Assembly (NCBI GenBank): GCA_963662465.1
Contig: OY759599.1
Location: 2,720,001-2,784,000, forward strand
Direction of reading: 5' to 3'
DNA length: 64,000 bases
DNA from: Desulfatiglandales bacterium
Lineage (GTDB): Bacteria > Desulfobacterota > DSM-4660 > Desulfatiglandales > Desulfatiglandaceae
Shown here: positions 32,659-41,529 of the stretch, piece after piece
Layout: each line of letters begins with the position of its first letter
How positions within the stretch are numbered: position 1 is the first letter of the stretch
The notes under the pieces: model-generated
What the model was told of the DNA's origin: nothing
The model's input: only the letters and a program-made list of their open reading frames with translations
The model's database searches: none
Position numbers and translations under genes: made by a program

Positions 32659-32720
32659 TGTTCACTCCTGTTGAAAAAAAATAATGTTTATCGGCGTTGA
32701 TCATCCTTTCGGCCACCAAT

Positions 32721-32779
32721 GTAGGGGCGAACCTGTGTGTTCGCCCTTTATCTGGGCAGACACACAGGTCTGCCCCTAC
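32721..32779. repeat. REP doublet (REPIN-like)
   Basis: GTAGGGGCGAACCTGTGTGTTCGCCC-N7-GGGCAGACACACAGGTCTGCCCCTAC: two inverted GTAG-led hairpins. Confidence 0.85.
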
Positions 32780-32799
32780 TGATTTTCCACCCCCCCCCC

Positions 32800-33405
32800 C
32801 TACCCTTTCATACACCCACCGCACAGTTGCATGCCGTCCTTTGCGCTCAACTTGGAAGCCATGGTCGGTTCCCCACATCGATCACAAAGTTCTGATGGTT
32901 CGATCTGTGCCTTGGGCGGCAGCGCCTCATGGACTTTTCGCACATCAAAAAGAGCCTCTTCGGTGTTTTCCATGATATCCCGGCTCCGCTTCAGATGGAG
33001 TTCCTGGAATCGTTCCTTTTGCGCATCCGTGGCATCTCCTTTTTGAATCTTATCCATGAGTTGACTGTGCTCTTCACTCAATTGAAGGCTGCCGGCCTTA
33101 AGGGCCACCCGCACACCGTCCCCCGATTTTCGGCTCAACAGCGTCAGAACCTGCTTGCCATGATCTTTAAAAAGAAGGTTCCCTTTCCCAAAAGTGCAGC
33201 CGGTCAAAACCTGGACCGCATCCGCCCCACAGGCATTGGTCTCAATAATGGCAACGATTTCATCATCTTCCGCCCGATTCTCCTTCAGCCATTCCATGGC
33301 CCTTTTGCCGGCTCGGTATCCAATGGACAAACCCGGGCATATGTGCCCATGAAAAACAGCGCATTTTTTAAAATCTTCCGCTTGAAACGGACCCTTAAAT
33401 TCCAT
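32800..33405 (-). CDS. FmdE/FwdE family protein with C-terminal zinc finger
   Basis: FHGHICPGL.IGYR, E...CGADAVQ..TGCTFGKGNL, CDRCGE...CGGC. Confidence 0.92.
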   Translation of the reverse strand: MEFKGPFQAEDFKKCAVFHGHICPGLSIGYRAGKRAMEWLKENRAEDDEIVAIIETNACGADAVQVLTGCTFGKGNLLFKDHGKQVLTLLSRKSGDGVRVALKAGSLQLSEEHSQLMDKIQKGDATDAQKERFQELHLKRSRDIMENTEEALFDVRKVHEALPPKAQIEPSELCDRCGEPTMASKLSAKDGMQLCGGCMKG

Positions 33406-33422
33406 AAAATATCCTTTTCATA

Positions 33423-33522
33423 TAGTGCCTGAACGAAAACCTCGTTCAAGCACGGTTTTAAGTTTTAAGTTTTAAGTAAACCCTCATGGCAAAGGGATTT
33501 CCTAGCCCCGCGCATGAAAATG
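33423..33522. repeat. Mosaic of family A left end and family B repeat (inverted)
   Basis: TAGTGCCTGAACGAAAACCTCGTTCAAGCAC and (GTTTTAA)3 joined directly to AAACCCTCATG...CATGAAAATG. Confidence 0.75.
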
Positions 33523-33575
33523 ACCTCTACCGCTTTTAAGCTAACGGCTAACAGCCGTATTTTCATGGTAATCCT

Positions 33576-35177
33576 TTATAGGGACTTTCCAACCGCATCA
33601 TCGCTATTCTTAATTTTTTTCCCGGGTTCTGTCAATAAATCCGTGTCCTCTTTCCAATCACCGTATTGGGTCCAGAAGCCCATGGCGCGACCGATGGATG
33701 CCGCGGTTTTCTCCCGATCATAAAAAGCCGTGGCGGCACGCAAGCGCGTTCGATTCCGCGCCAGTTCAGCTTCCAGATACCGGGTAATGGTGGCAGAGCC
33801 TCCTTCGTATTGTTTCTGCACCAGACGGAGGGACTCTTCAGCATGAGCGACACTTGCTTTCGTCACATCCCACCGTGCTTTTGCCTCCATATGTTTCAGG
33901 TAAGCCCCCTTGAGCTGAAGCTGCACCATAAGCGTCACTTTTCGATCGGCTCCCAACATCTCCTTGATCACCGCCCGGGCCCGGTCCACATGGGACTTTC
34001 GCCTGAATCCGGTAAAAACATCCCAGTTAAGGATCACCCCGGCGGTCCAGTTCTTCCGGTCCCAGTCAAAATTTAAACCCGAATCATCAAAATAGGTTTT
34101 CATCTGAGCATCCAGGCGCGGCAGGTATTCGGAACGCGCCACATCCAGGTCCATTCGCGAATGCACCACCCGCAGCCGGGTTATCTGCAGTTCGGGACGG
34201 TTTGCCATAGCCATGACCAACGCTTTTTCATACAGGTCGGGAACCTTTATGGGGGCCTGCCGGTCTCCTGCCAGGTGGATGGGTGTGTCGGGATCCAGGC
34301 CCAGCAAATTGGCCAGAGAGGACATACTGAGGCTGTGATTGTTTTCGGCCCGAATCAGTCCTTCCCTTGCCTGGGCCAGAGCGACTTTGAGCGACAACAC
34401 ATCGGACTTGAGGGCACTACCGGCATCATACCGCACAGTAACGATTTCCAGTTCCTTCTTGACCGTATTCACCGAATCGTGACTGATACCCACGTACCTT
34501 CCGGCGGCCAGCGCACTGTAATAGGCGTGGATAACGGAAGTGATCAGGCCGTTTTTCACACTGTCCCGGCCCAGCCGACTCATGTCAAGGCCCGTCTCCG
34601 CCATGCGCTTGCGCAGATAATCCCGTCCGCCGTTAAAGAGGTTGAAACGCCCTTGAATACCTACCTCATAGTTCTCAAACCACCCCGGATTGTTAAAGTC
34701 GGTGTTCGGCGGCAGTTTCCGCTGGTCAATGGTTTTAAAGAGATAGGCGGATGGCGCATTTCCCTGAAGGTACTCCCCGTAAACGCCGATTACGGGCCAA
34801 AATGCACTCATTGCCTCATCCAGCATGGCCTCGGACTGCTGAATGCGTGCCACGGCCATATCCATGTCCGGGTTATTTTGAAGGGCAATGCGGATTACTT
34901 TTTCAAGGGTCAGAGAACCCACGGGCTTCAGAACCTTTTCAGGGGATTGGGAAGCATCAGAGGGGGCCGATAACAAAAGAGATGCCCCTGCCTTTTCGGG
35001 CTTATCATACGCCTTTTTGATATGTTGATAATCATAGCGGTCGGCATGCTTACAAGAAAACAATATCGAGAGAAGCGCCACCGCCAGAAACCCGCGGCAG
35101 CAAACCCTTAAAATGTGATTTATTAGACATCTTTCCATTAAGATCTCACGCCATCCAAATTCAGTATTTTGAGCCAC
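33576..35177 (-). CDS. TolC family outer membrane efflux protein
   Basis: LTLEKVIRIALQNNPD, two OEP repeats (FWPVI, YLPRLD), RYDAGS, QYEGGSAT; lipobox-like LFSC; start may be ATG 35138. Confidence 0.9.
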   Translation of the reverse strand: MAQNTEFGWREILMERCLINHILRVCCRGFLAVALLSILFSCKHADRYDYQHIKKAYDKPEKAGASLLLSAPSDASQSPEKVLKPVGSLTLEKVIRIALQNNPDMDMAVARIQQSEAMLDEAMSAFWPVIGVYGEYLQGNAPSAYLFKTIDQRKLPPNTDFNNPGWFENYEVGIQGRFNLFNGGRDYLRKRMAETGLDMSRLGRDSVKNGLITSVIHAYYSALAAGRYVGISHDSVNTVKKELEIVTVRYDAGSALKSDVLSLKVALAQAREGLIRAENNHSLSMSSLANLLGLDPDTPIHLAGDRQAPIKVPDLYEKALVMAMANRPELQITRLRVVHSRMDLDVARSEYLPRLDAQMKTYFDDSGLNFDWDRKNWTAGVILNWDVFTGFRRKSHVDRARAVIKEMLGADRKVTLMVQLQLKGAYLKHMEAKARWDVTKASVAHAEESLRLVQKQYEGGSATITRYLEAELARNRTRLRAATAFYDREKTAASIGRAMGFWTQYGDWKEDTDLLTEPGKKIKNSDDAVGKSL

Positions 35178-35264
35178 ATTATCTGATCATAACCACAGTA
35201 ATCTATCACAAAACACGCTCTTATGGGAAAACAAAAAAGGAAAAGTCACTGCAATTGAAAGGGT

Positions 35265-38200
35265 TCACGAATCCTCTTTGCACTCCTTAGCCCGGGTTTT
35301 GTCTTCCCGCAACCAACTGGTGAGGAGATAAACAATATTCTTATATAAGGCGGGGTACTCCTCCAGAATTTCCTGAAAATCGTTGCCGGCAATCATCAGC
35401 ATTCGGCAGTCTTCCGCACATTTGGCCGTGGCCGAGCGGCCCTTTTTGTCCAACACGGCTATTTCCCCGAAACAATCCGGGGGGCCCACGCTCACCAGAA
35501 GTTTACCGTTTTCATTGATGATATCCACCTGTCCTTCCAGGATGAGATAGAGCGCATCGCCCAGGTCGCCTACCTTAAAAAGGACATGTCCTGCTTCAAA
35601 GCTGACCTCTCGTGCAATCTGGGCCATGATGATCATATCCGTAATGGAAAACCCTCTGAAAAGAGAGACCTTTCTCAAAAAGTGAACTTTTTCCAGTACC
35701 GGTATCATATCCTCAATCTCCTCCAAAACCGGCATAAACCGCTTTTGCATATTCGGCGGTACATCCAGGATGGCCGACATCTCCAGCCACTGATTGCTTT
35801 GCATCAAAACCTGTTCATAAACATCCTCAACCGTCAGATGGGACCCAGGTAAAGGTCTCACATTCGAAAGCAAACCGTCTTCAAATGATACTGCGTCCAA
35901 CAAGCGAAGGAACGCCCCATGCTCATCCTTGATCAGGCTTTCCAGATACTCGATGGATTTCCCTTTCACATGATCGGCCTTCTCCGATTGCGCCGCCCCA
36001 TGGGTAATCCGATAGAAAGAATCAAATATGCCCGGGTCAGGATGGAAGATATCCAGTATTTTGAACACACACCACATCCTATGCTCTATATTGCGGGCCA
36101 ATTCGATCAAGAGCAAGCTTTCCCTGTTCCATAATTTAACCACTCTATAGTAACGGCAATATTTTGTACACAGCTCAATTTCATTAGGCAAATCCGCCAA
36201 AACCGCACGGCAATCAAGGGTTGGTACAGCTTTTTTAATTTTCCCAATAACGTTCAGTGCTTCCTCTCGAATCAATGGCACATGAAAATTTCGCAAAATT
36301 TCAACCAAAAAATCAATGGCTTCGCTGGAAGGGTTGAATTGCAGGCTCCTCAGGCATTTCCGCAATTCAAAACGAGATTTGGAACGAATAATAGATGAAA
36401 TCATTCGGGAAATAATGGGGAAAGACGCATTCCCCAAAAGGGCCAGATTTTTATTGAATCTCTCAAAATCTCTGATACGCTCATAACCCACATGCTCCAG
36501 ATACAGGGTGAACAAGCGGGCATCCCCCAATTTTGCCAAGGCGCCGGCAATCACATCAAAGGCCTTCACAACATCCATGTCGAAGTGCCCCTCCACATCG
36601 CCCTTCAGGTGGGTAAAACCCAGGGTTCCGGTCAACCAGATCCCAGCCAGGATCTTTTCCGTTTCCGCTGAATGGATGAGGGAAACCGTTTCCTGAACCA
36701 CCAACCGCTTTAAATCCCGATTTCCGCTTCCATGGGCAATGGCCAATACATACCGCCGAAAATCGATGGAAAGGCTTAAATCCATCCACCGCGAAATAAC
36801 CGCCGCATTACGGATCCCCCACTGGGCAATCGTCTTGAGACAAGCCAACCTCAATAAATCATCGGTTTCCGCTTCAAACATGATTTCGAGCCGTTCAAGC
36901 AATCCGGAAATACCCAGCGATCCGATGACGGAAACGGTTTCCAGCCTCACATCCCGATCCTCGTTATCCAGAAGATCAAGCAGAATAAAATTCAGGCCCG
37001 ACGAATAGTTATTGTGAATGATGTCAAGGATGTAAAGGCATCCAAATCGATCGCGGGCGCCTGCAACCACCTTCTCATATTGCTCGACGATATAATTGAC
37101 ATCCATTCTCACCAGCGAACTTTCGGCGCCCGTCAGGGGCAAGCGCCTCAGGACCGACGTTCTGAGAGAGGAGACATAATACCCCGGAATTCGGGACACC
37201 ACGCCGATCATCACCATCAGAAAAGCCATAATCAGAAAACAATACAGGGACACCGTCCCCTCTTGGGGCGGCATGGCCACAAAAAAAAGGCAGATGACAA
37301 TAACCACCAAGGGTTTGATCAAAAGTTTGGAGTATAGCCGCAAGGCATTGCAGAGCCTTTCAGGAACGGAAAACATGAGTACCTGGTAAGCGGCATCAAA
37401 AATAATACGCCGGATCAGTTCATTGACGCCACACGCAACAATAGTTCCCCAGAACAAGAGATCTTCATAGCCGGACGTGCGCGTAAAATATGCCCATAGA
37501 ACAAAACACAGGTTCGGAATCAGCAGGAAAGAATAAGCAAAAAGGATACGGCCGTTAAACCACAGACGCGTGAAGAAATAAATAAAGGCAAGTTGAAAAA
37601 TTACTTGAAAGAAACTGATATAAGCCTTGTAATCTCCGATAAATTCTGTTTTCGAATCCGGTTCATTTGAACTATCGGAAAGGACCGTCTCCATTGCGGG
37701 CGCCGGGGGAAATTTCGCATTGACCTGGGTGTCAAAGAGAACCTTAAAAAAGAGGTTAAAAACGCCGATCAGGATAGTCAAATAAATGATGGATCTCATC
37801 ACCCGGTATTTCTTTTGAGATGCAAAAAGGCTCACGAAACCGACCCGTTCCTTTGAAGCGCCGGTCAGGATACGCGAGCGGTGAACGGAAAAGATGTAGA
37901 GAACAATCAGGTAGCTGATGCTGGAAAAAGCCATCGCCAGAAGGAGAAACCCTAAAGGGTAATCCGCCGGAATCAAGGGAACCACGCATCTTCCTGATAT
38001 GAAGGCGGCGATTCCCCCGGAAAACAGAAACAGGTTTTGAATTTTTCGTGATTCTCGAATGTCGATGGCAAAGTTGATAAGCGTCCAGGTCTGAACAATG
38101 ATAAAGTCGTCCAAGATATCATAAACAACAAAGTATAATGATGCTGGAAAGAATTTCTGCTGAAAACCAGGTAAAAACAAGGGAATCAAATAAAGCACCA

Positions 38201-38504
38201 GTGAGCAACCTATCAAAAAAAGCATGTCTCTTTTGATTCGATACTCAAATGAAACCTTGGGGTTCAGCACATGATAGAGGAAATAAAAAACGATAAACCC
38301 GAGACCCGCGAACCCGTACAGAAAGAAATAGGGCCGCTGGTTGTATACCTCCTGAAAAGCGGGTGTAAGTTGAATGGCCGTCAGAAAATTGCTCTTCGTA
38401 AAAGAAGTGATAACGGTAAAGCATGAAATGTTGAAAAAAACAAACAGGCATAACCCGATGATCAAGTGGACATGAGTGCGACTGGCATCCGTTCGATTCC
38501 ACAT
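35265..38504 (-). CDS. NTT/Npt-like transporter domain-HEAT repeat-cNMP-binding domain fusion
   Basis: About 11-12 TM N-terminus with QTWTLINFAIDIRESRK and IFDAAYQVLMFSVP; helical repeats DLLDNEDRDVRLETV; C-terminal EKVHFLRKVSLF...FGEIAVLDKKGRSATA. Confidence 0.8.
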   Translation of the reverse strand: MWNRTDASRTHVHLIIGLCLFVFFNISCFTVITSFTKSNFLTAIQLTPAFQEVYNQRPYFFLYGFAGLGFIVFYFLYHVLNPKVSFEYRIKRDMLFLIGCSLVLYLIPLFLPGFQQKFFPASLYFVVYDILDDFIIVQTWTLINFAIDIRESRKIQNLFLFSGGIAAFISGRCVVPLIPADYPLGFLLLAMAFSSISYLIVLYIFSVHRSRILTGASKERVGFVSLFASQKKYRVMRSIIYLTILIGVFNLFFKVLFDTQVNAKFPPAPAMETVLSDSSNEPDSKTEFIGDYKAYISFFQVIFQLAFIYFFTRLWFNGRILFAYSFLLIPNLCFVLWAYFTRTSGYEDLLFWGTIVACGVNELIRRIIFDAAYQVLMFSVPERLCNALRLYSKLLIKPLVVIVICLFFVAMPPQEGTVSLYCFLIMAFLMVMIGVVSRIPGYYVSSLRTSVLRRLPLTGAESSLVRMDVNYIVEQYEKVVAGARDRFGCLYILDIIHNNYSSGLNFILLDLLDNEDRDVRLETVSVIGSLGISGLLERLEIMFEAETDDLLRLACLKTIAQWGIRNAAVISRWMDLSLSIDFRRYVLAIAHGSGNRDLKRLVVQETVSLIHSAETEKILAGIWLTGTLGFTHLKGDVEGHFDMDVVKAFDVIAGALAKLGDARLFTLYLEHVGYERIRDFERFNKNLALLGNASFPIISRMISSIIRSKSRFELRKCLRSLQFNPSSEAIDFLVEILRNFHVPLIREEALNVIGKIKKAVPTLDCRAVLADLPNEIELCTKYCRYYRVVKLWNRESLLLIELARNIEHRMWCVFKILDIFHPDPGIFDSFYRITHGAAQSEKADHVKGKSIEYLESLIKDEHGAFLRLLDAVSFEDGLLSNVRPLPGSHLTVEDVYEQVLMQSNQWLEMSAILDVPPNMQKRFMPVLEEIEDMIPVLEKVHFLRKVSLFRGFSITDMIIMAQIAREVSFEAGHVLFKVGDLGDALYLILEGQVDIINENGKLLVSVGPPDCFGEIAVLDKKGRSATAKCAEDCRMLMIAGNDFQEILEEYPALYKNIVYLLTSWLREDKTRAKECKEDS

Positions 38505-38540
38505 AGCGGCCGATTTCGGTTCTACAGCGGGTTTCCTTAT

Positions 38541-40202
38541 TTATTTTTCATCCAGTTTCAAAATCTTTCGGTTATAATCGTAGGTGCTGCTGATGCGGCG
38601 CAATTCCCTCACAAAAGGGATCTTCTTGAATTTATAAAACTGAAGGGTCTCAGGGGTATAATCCGCTTCATAAAGGGGAATATTCTCAAAGGTCTCGCCT
38701 TTATAAGCACTCTTTCTGATAAACCTGGACGTGGGGGCCCGGTCAAAAATCACCCGCCCGTCGTCATCATAACGGTACCCCTCCCGGTACAGCCATTTAT
38801 AAAAGCCCTTTCGGTCCGATGACGCCCTTAATTTATAGGGTTTTTTATTCTTGAGAGAATAGGCATGGAAATATTTGACGCCCATGACTTCAGGCTGCCC
38901 GTCGCCATCAATATCAAACACATCAAAATGGTTGGATTTGTTTCGGTAAGTCACCACCTGAGGCAACAATTTTTCATCTGATGGGAGCATCTGGCGCAAT
39001 TCGGAAATATGCCCGGCATTCACATGGGTACACCCGTGGGACATGGGGCCTCGGCTGAGCAGCCACAGTTTACGGTATGGCTTTCCGGTGCGGCTGTCTT
39101 TCGCGTTTTGCTTCCATTCGTTCGGAAGGAAATTGGTTTTTTTCGTATCCATCTCAAACCACAGGGTATGAAATGAGTTATGCAGCGTTTTCCCCACATG
39201 CATATAGGGAAGCCAGGGCAAATACCCATAACAGGCCTTATCGGGAATGTGGTCCACCACTTTGGTTCGCTGGTGATAGATAAGGTTGCGTTTGCCGGGG
39301 CAGGGATAAAGGGGCATTTCAACGCCGTCATATTTGGCGTATTCGTTGAGGGTGCCCACGGGATAAACGGCCGTGAATTCGTAAAAATCAAGCTTTTTCC
39401 CTTTAAGGGGATAGATACCCCCCGTCGCAGCCGCAAACAGTTCAACAGCGGCGCCGTAAAACGTATTCCAGGACGTCTCGCTTTTTTCAGCTTCCTCATA
39501 AAGGACATAGAGGGTGATGGCATCGCGCAGCTTGTTTTCCAACCGCCACGGCAACTCAGTGACCCAGATCCTTGTGGGCAACATATTGTTGATGAGAATC
39601 AGGCTCTCCTGGATCGATGGTTTTCGGGTTAAGAAAGGCGCCAGTTGGGCCGACCATTCGCGAATTCGATGCCCAAAATCGATTCGAATGTGGAACACCT
39701 TCCCCGGGTTCAGCTTTTCGAGCATTTCAAGACTGATTTTCCGGTACTCCGGCAGCGCCAAGTCATTTTTTTCGTCAGCCAGCTTCAGGATTTTTTCCTC
39801 TCCGATGATTCGGCTGAATTTTTCAAAACCCATGTTCTGAGTGAGGGTGATCTTTTCTTCTTCGACAAGCTCGTCGTAAACGCGATACCGCAATGCCAGA
39901 CCCGATAGATATGAATCAATCATCTCATCTGACAGGACAAGGGTCACCCGAATTTGATTGCCCCGCCCCAGATGGATATGAATGTGCCTGGGGTCCTGGC
40001 AACGAGGGGCAAATCCCGTATAAAAGGAAGGCTCTATCCGATCATAATAGACGCCCTGAAGCCGGGTGTCCGAATCTTCCGGCCGCTGGAGCTGATTTTT
40101 TAAGGGCTCAGCCGCCTGAACAAAAAAAACCGATGATGAGAAAAACAGCAAAACCATGAGGGTTAATTTGAATACAGTTGAACAACAAATGTCGATTTTC
40201 AT
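38541..40202 (-). CDS. Secreted hypothetical protein with L,D-transpeptidase-like SHGC motif
   Basis: Signal peptide ending VQA; HNSFH...GPMSHGCTHVN; EF-hand-like DIDGDGQPE. Confidence 0.55.
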   Translation of the reverse strand: MKIDICCSTVFKLTLMVLLFFSSSVFFVQAAEPLKNQLQRPEDSDTRLQGVYYDRIEPSFYTGFAPRCQDPRHIHIHLGRGNQIRVTLVLSDEMIDSYLSGLALRYRVYDELVEEEKITLTQNMGFEKFSRIIGEEKILKLADEKNDLALPEYRKISLEMLEKLNPGKVFHIRIDFGHRIREWSAQLAPFLTRKPSIQESLILINNMLPTRIWVTELPWRLENKLRDAITLYVLYEEAEKSETSWNTFYGAAVELFAAATGGIYPLKGKKLDFYEFTAVYPVGTLNEYAKYDGVEMPLYPCPGKRNLIYHQRTKVVDHIPDKACYGYLPWLPYMHVGKTLHNSFHTLWFEMDTKKTNFLPNEWKQNAKDSRTGKPYRKLWLLSRGPMSHGCTHVNAGHISELRQMLPSDEKLLPQVVTYRNKSNHFDVFDIDGDGQPEVMGVKYFHAYSLKNKKPYKLRASSDRKGFYKWLYREGYRYDDDGRVIFDRAPTSRFIRKSAYKGETFENIPLYEADYTPETLQFYKFKKIPFVRELRRISSTYDYNRKILKLDEK

Positions 40203-40209
40203 TTCGGTG

Positions 40210-41511
40210 TTATCCTTGTGGAGTTATGTTCTCACGTTTTTTATATTCTTTGATCAATACCGGAACAATCAGAATCCAAATGACAATCAAAGCCATGAGC
40301 ATATAATTGATTCTGATGGCGGTCACGGCCATAATGGTCTGGAGTCCGATAATAACGGCGCCCACGCCGCCTTTTGCAAAGCGGTAGATAAACATGTCAA
40401 TAACCGCCTTGCCCTTGTATTTCTCAATATAACTCAATGGGATATAGAGGATCTCCTTGGCCGAACGGAAGATCGAATAGGTCAGGCTCTTGTTGGCCAG
40501 ACGCGTTCCAAACAGCACGGCCATGGTTGGGGCAAAGAAAAAGGCAAAAGAGCCTGCCCCCATGATGGCCGGCGCCAATACCAGGGAGAGCAATAACCCC
40601 AGGAAATGGAGCATGGGCGCACTGACCCCAAACTGGAGAACCAGCGAAATCACATTGGTCGCCCCATAAAACTTGGCCAGATAAGCCGTCCTCAGATCCA
40701 GTTCAGTCACCTGAACTTCCAGAACCTGGTTGAATTGCAGCCCGATCAGCGCCGTCACAAACTGGCTCAACATAAGCATGATGCATATTAGAATCAAATA
40801 TTTTGATTTCAATACCACATCAAAACCACCCCAGATGCTGCGCTTTTCCTCTTTTGTCTGCGTATCCATGGCATCTTTTTTCCGGGCCCGACTCAACACC
40901 GTACCACCCTTCCGGTTGGCATAGCCGAATAACCATACCCCTGCCAGCAAAGCGCCGCAACCGATAAAGATGAGGTTATTGGAACCCAGAACAGACGCCA
41001 GTTGCACAGTCAAGACGCTGGCCACGATACCGCCGATGGAACACGCCCCGGCCAGAAATCCATAAAGCGTCTTAGCCCCCTTTTCCGAGAAGGTAGCATC
41101 GCAAAAAGTCCACAATTGCTCTATTAAAATGACCACATAGATGTCTTTAACAATAAACGCCGTAAGGGAAAACCCTCGGTTTTTGGCCGAAAAAAACATA
41201 TAGAACAGGAGAAAAAAAGCGACCGCCAGGAAATTGCTCACCGCATAGAGCCGGGAAGGTCTGGATCGAATGACGAATTTATTGTAAACCCAGACGACCG
41301 CGGCCGTAGCCGCGGCCGACATGATCCAGACATGGGGCATTTTTGACGCCCCCCAGGAGGAGAGAAAAAGGGACTCGCAGACCGGCCGGATGAAACTATA
41401 ACTGAACAGCACCAGGAAAAAGCAGCCGAAAAGCGGCAGAAAAGCCCCTTTGTTTTCTCCGGCCGCGGTAAAAAACGCCTCATACAATCGCTTGATCCAG
41501 TTCATTTTCAA
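40210..41511 (-). CDS. Npt1/Npt2 (NTT/TLC, ATP:ADP antiporter) family nucleotide transporter
   Basis: YSFIRPVCESLF, QLWTF..ATFSEKGAKTLYG, KSLTYSIFRSAKEILYIP, EKYKGKAVIDMFIYRFAK; about 12 TM. Confidence 0.85.
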   Translation of the reverse strand: MKMNWIKRLYEAFFTAAGENKGAFLPLFGCFFLVLFSYSFIRPVCESLFLSSWGASKMPHVWIMSAAATAAVVWVYNKFVIRSRPSRLYAVSNFLAVAFFLLFYMFFSAKNRGFSLTAFIVKDIYVVILIEQLWTFCDATFSEKGAKTLYGFLAGACSIGGIVASVLTVQLASVLGSNNLIFIGCGALLAGVWLFGYANRKGGTVLSRARKKDAMDTQTKEEKRSIWGGFDVVLKSKYLILICIMLMLSQFVTALIGLQFNQVLEVQVTELDLRTAYLAKFYGATNVISLVLQFGVSAPMLHFLGLLLSLVLAPAIMGAGSFAFFFAPTMAVLFGTRLANKSLTYSIFRSAKEILYIPLSYIEKYKGKAVIDMFIYRFAKGGVGAVIIGLQTIMAVTAIRINYMLMALIVIWILIVPVLIKEYKKRENITPQG

Positions 41512-41529
41512 TCCTCAAAAATCAATGCA

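Noticed and set aside
32790..32800. C11 homopolymer as a phase-variation switch
   Set aside because: Lies at and after the fmdE stop codon and does not alter a reading frame
23511..33522. Family A repeats or (GTTTTAA)n as a CRISPR array
   Set aside because: Copies are dispersed by kilobases, with no regular repeat-spacer units and no cas genes
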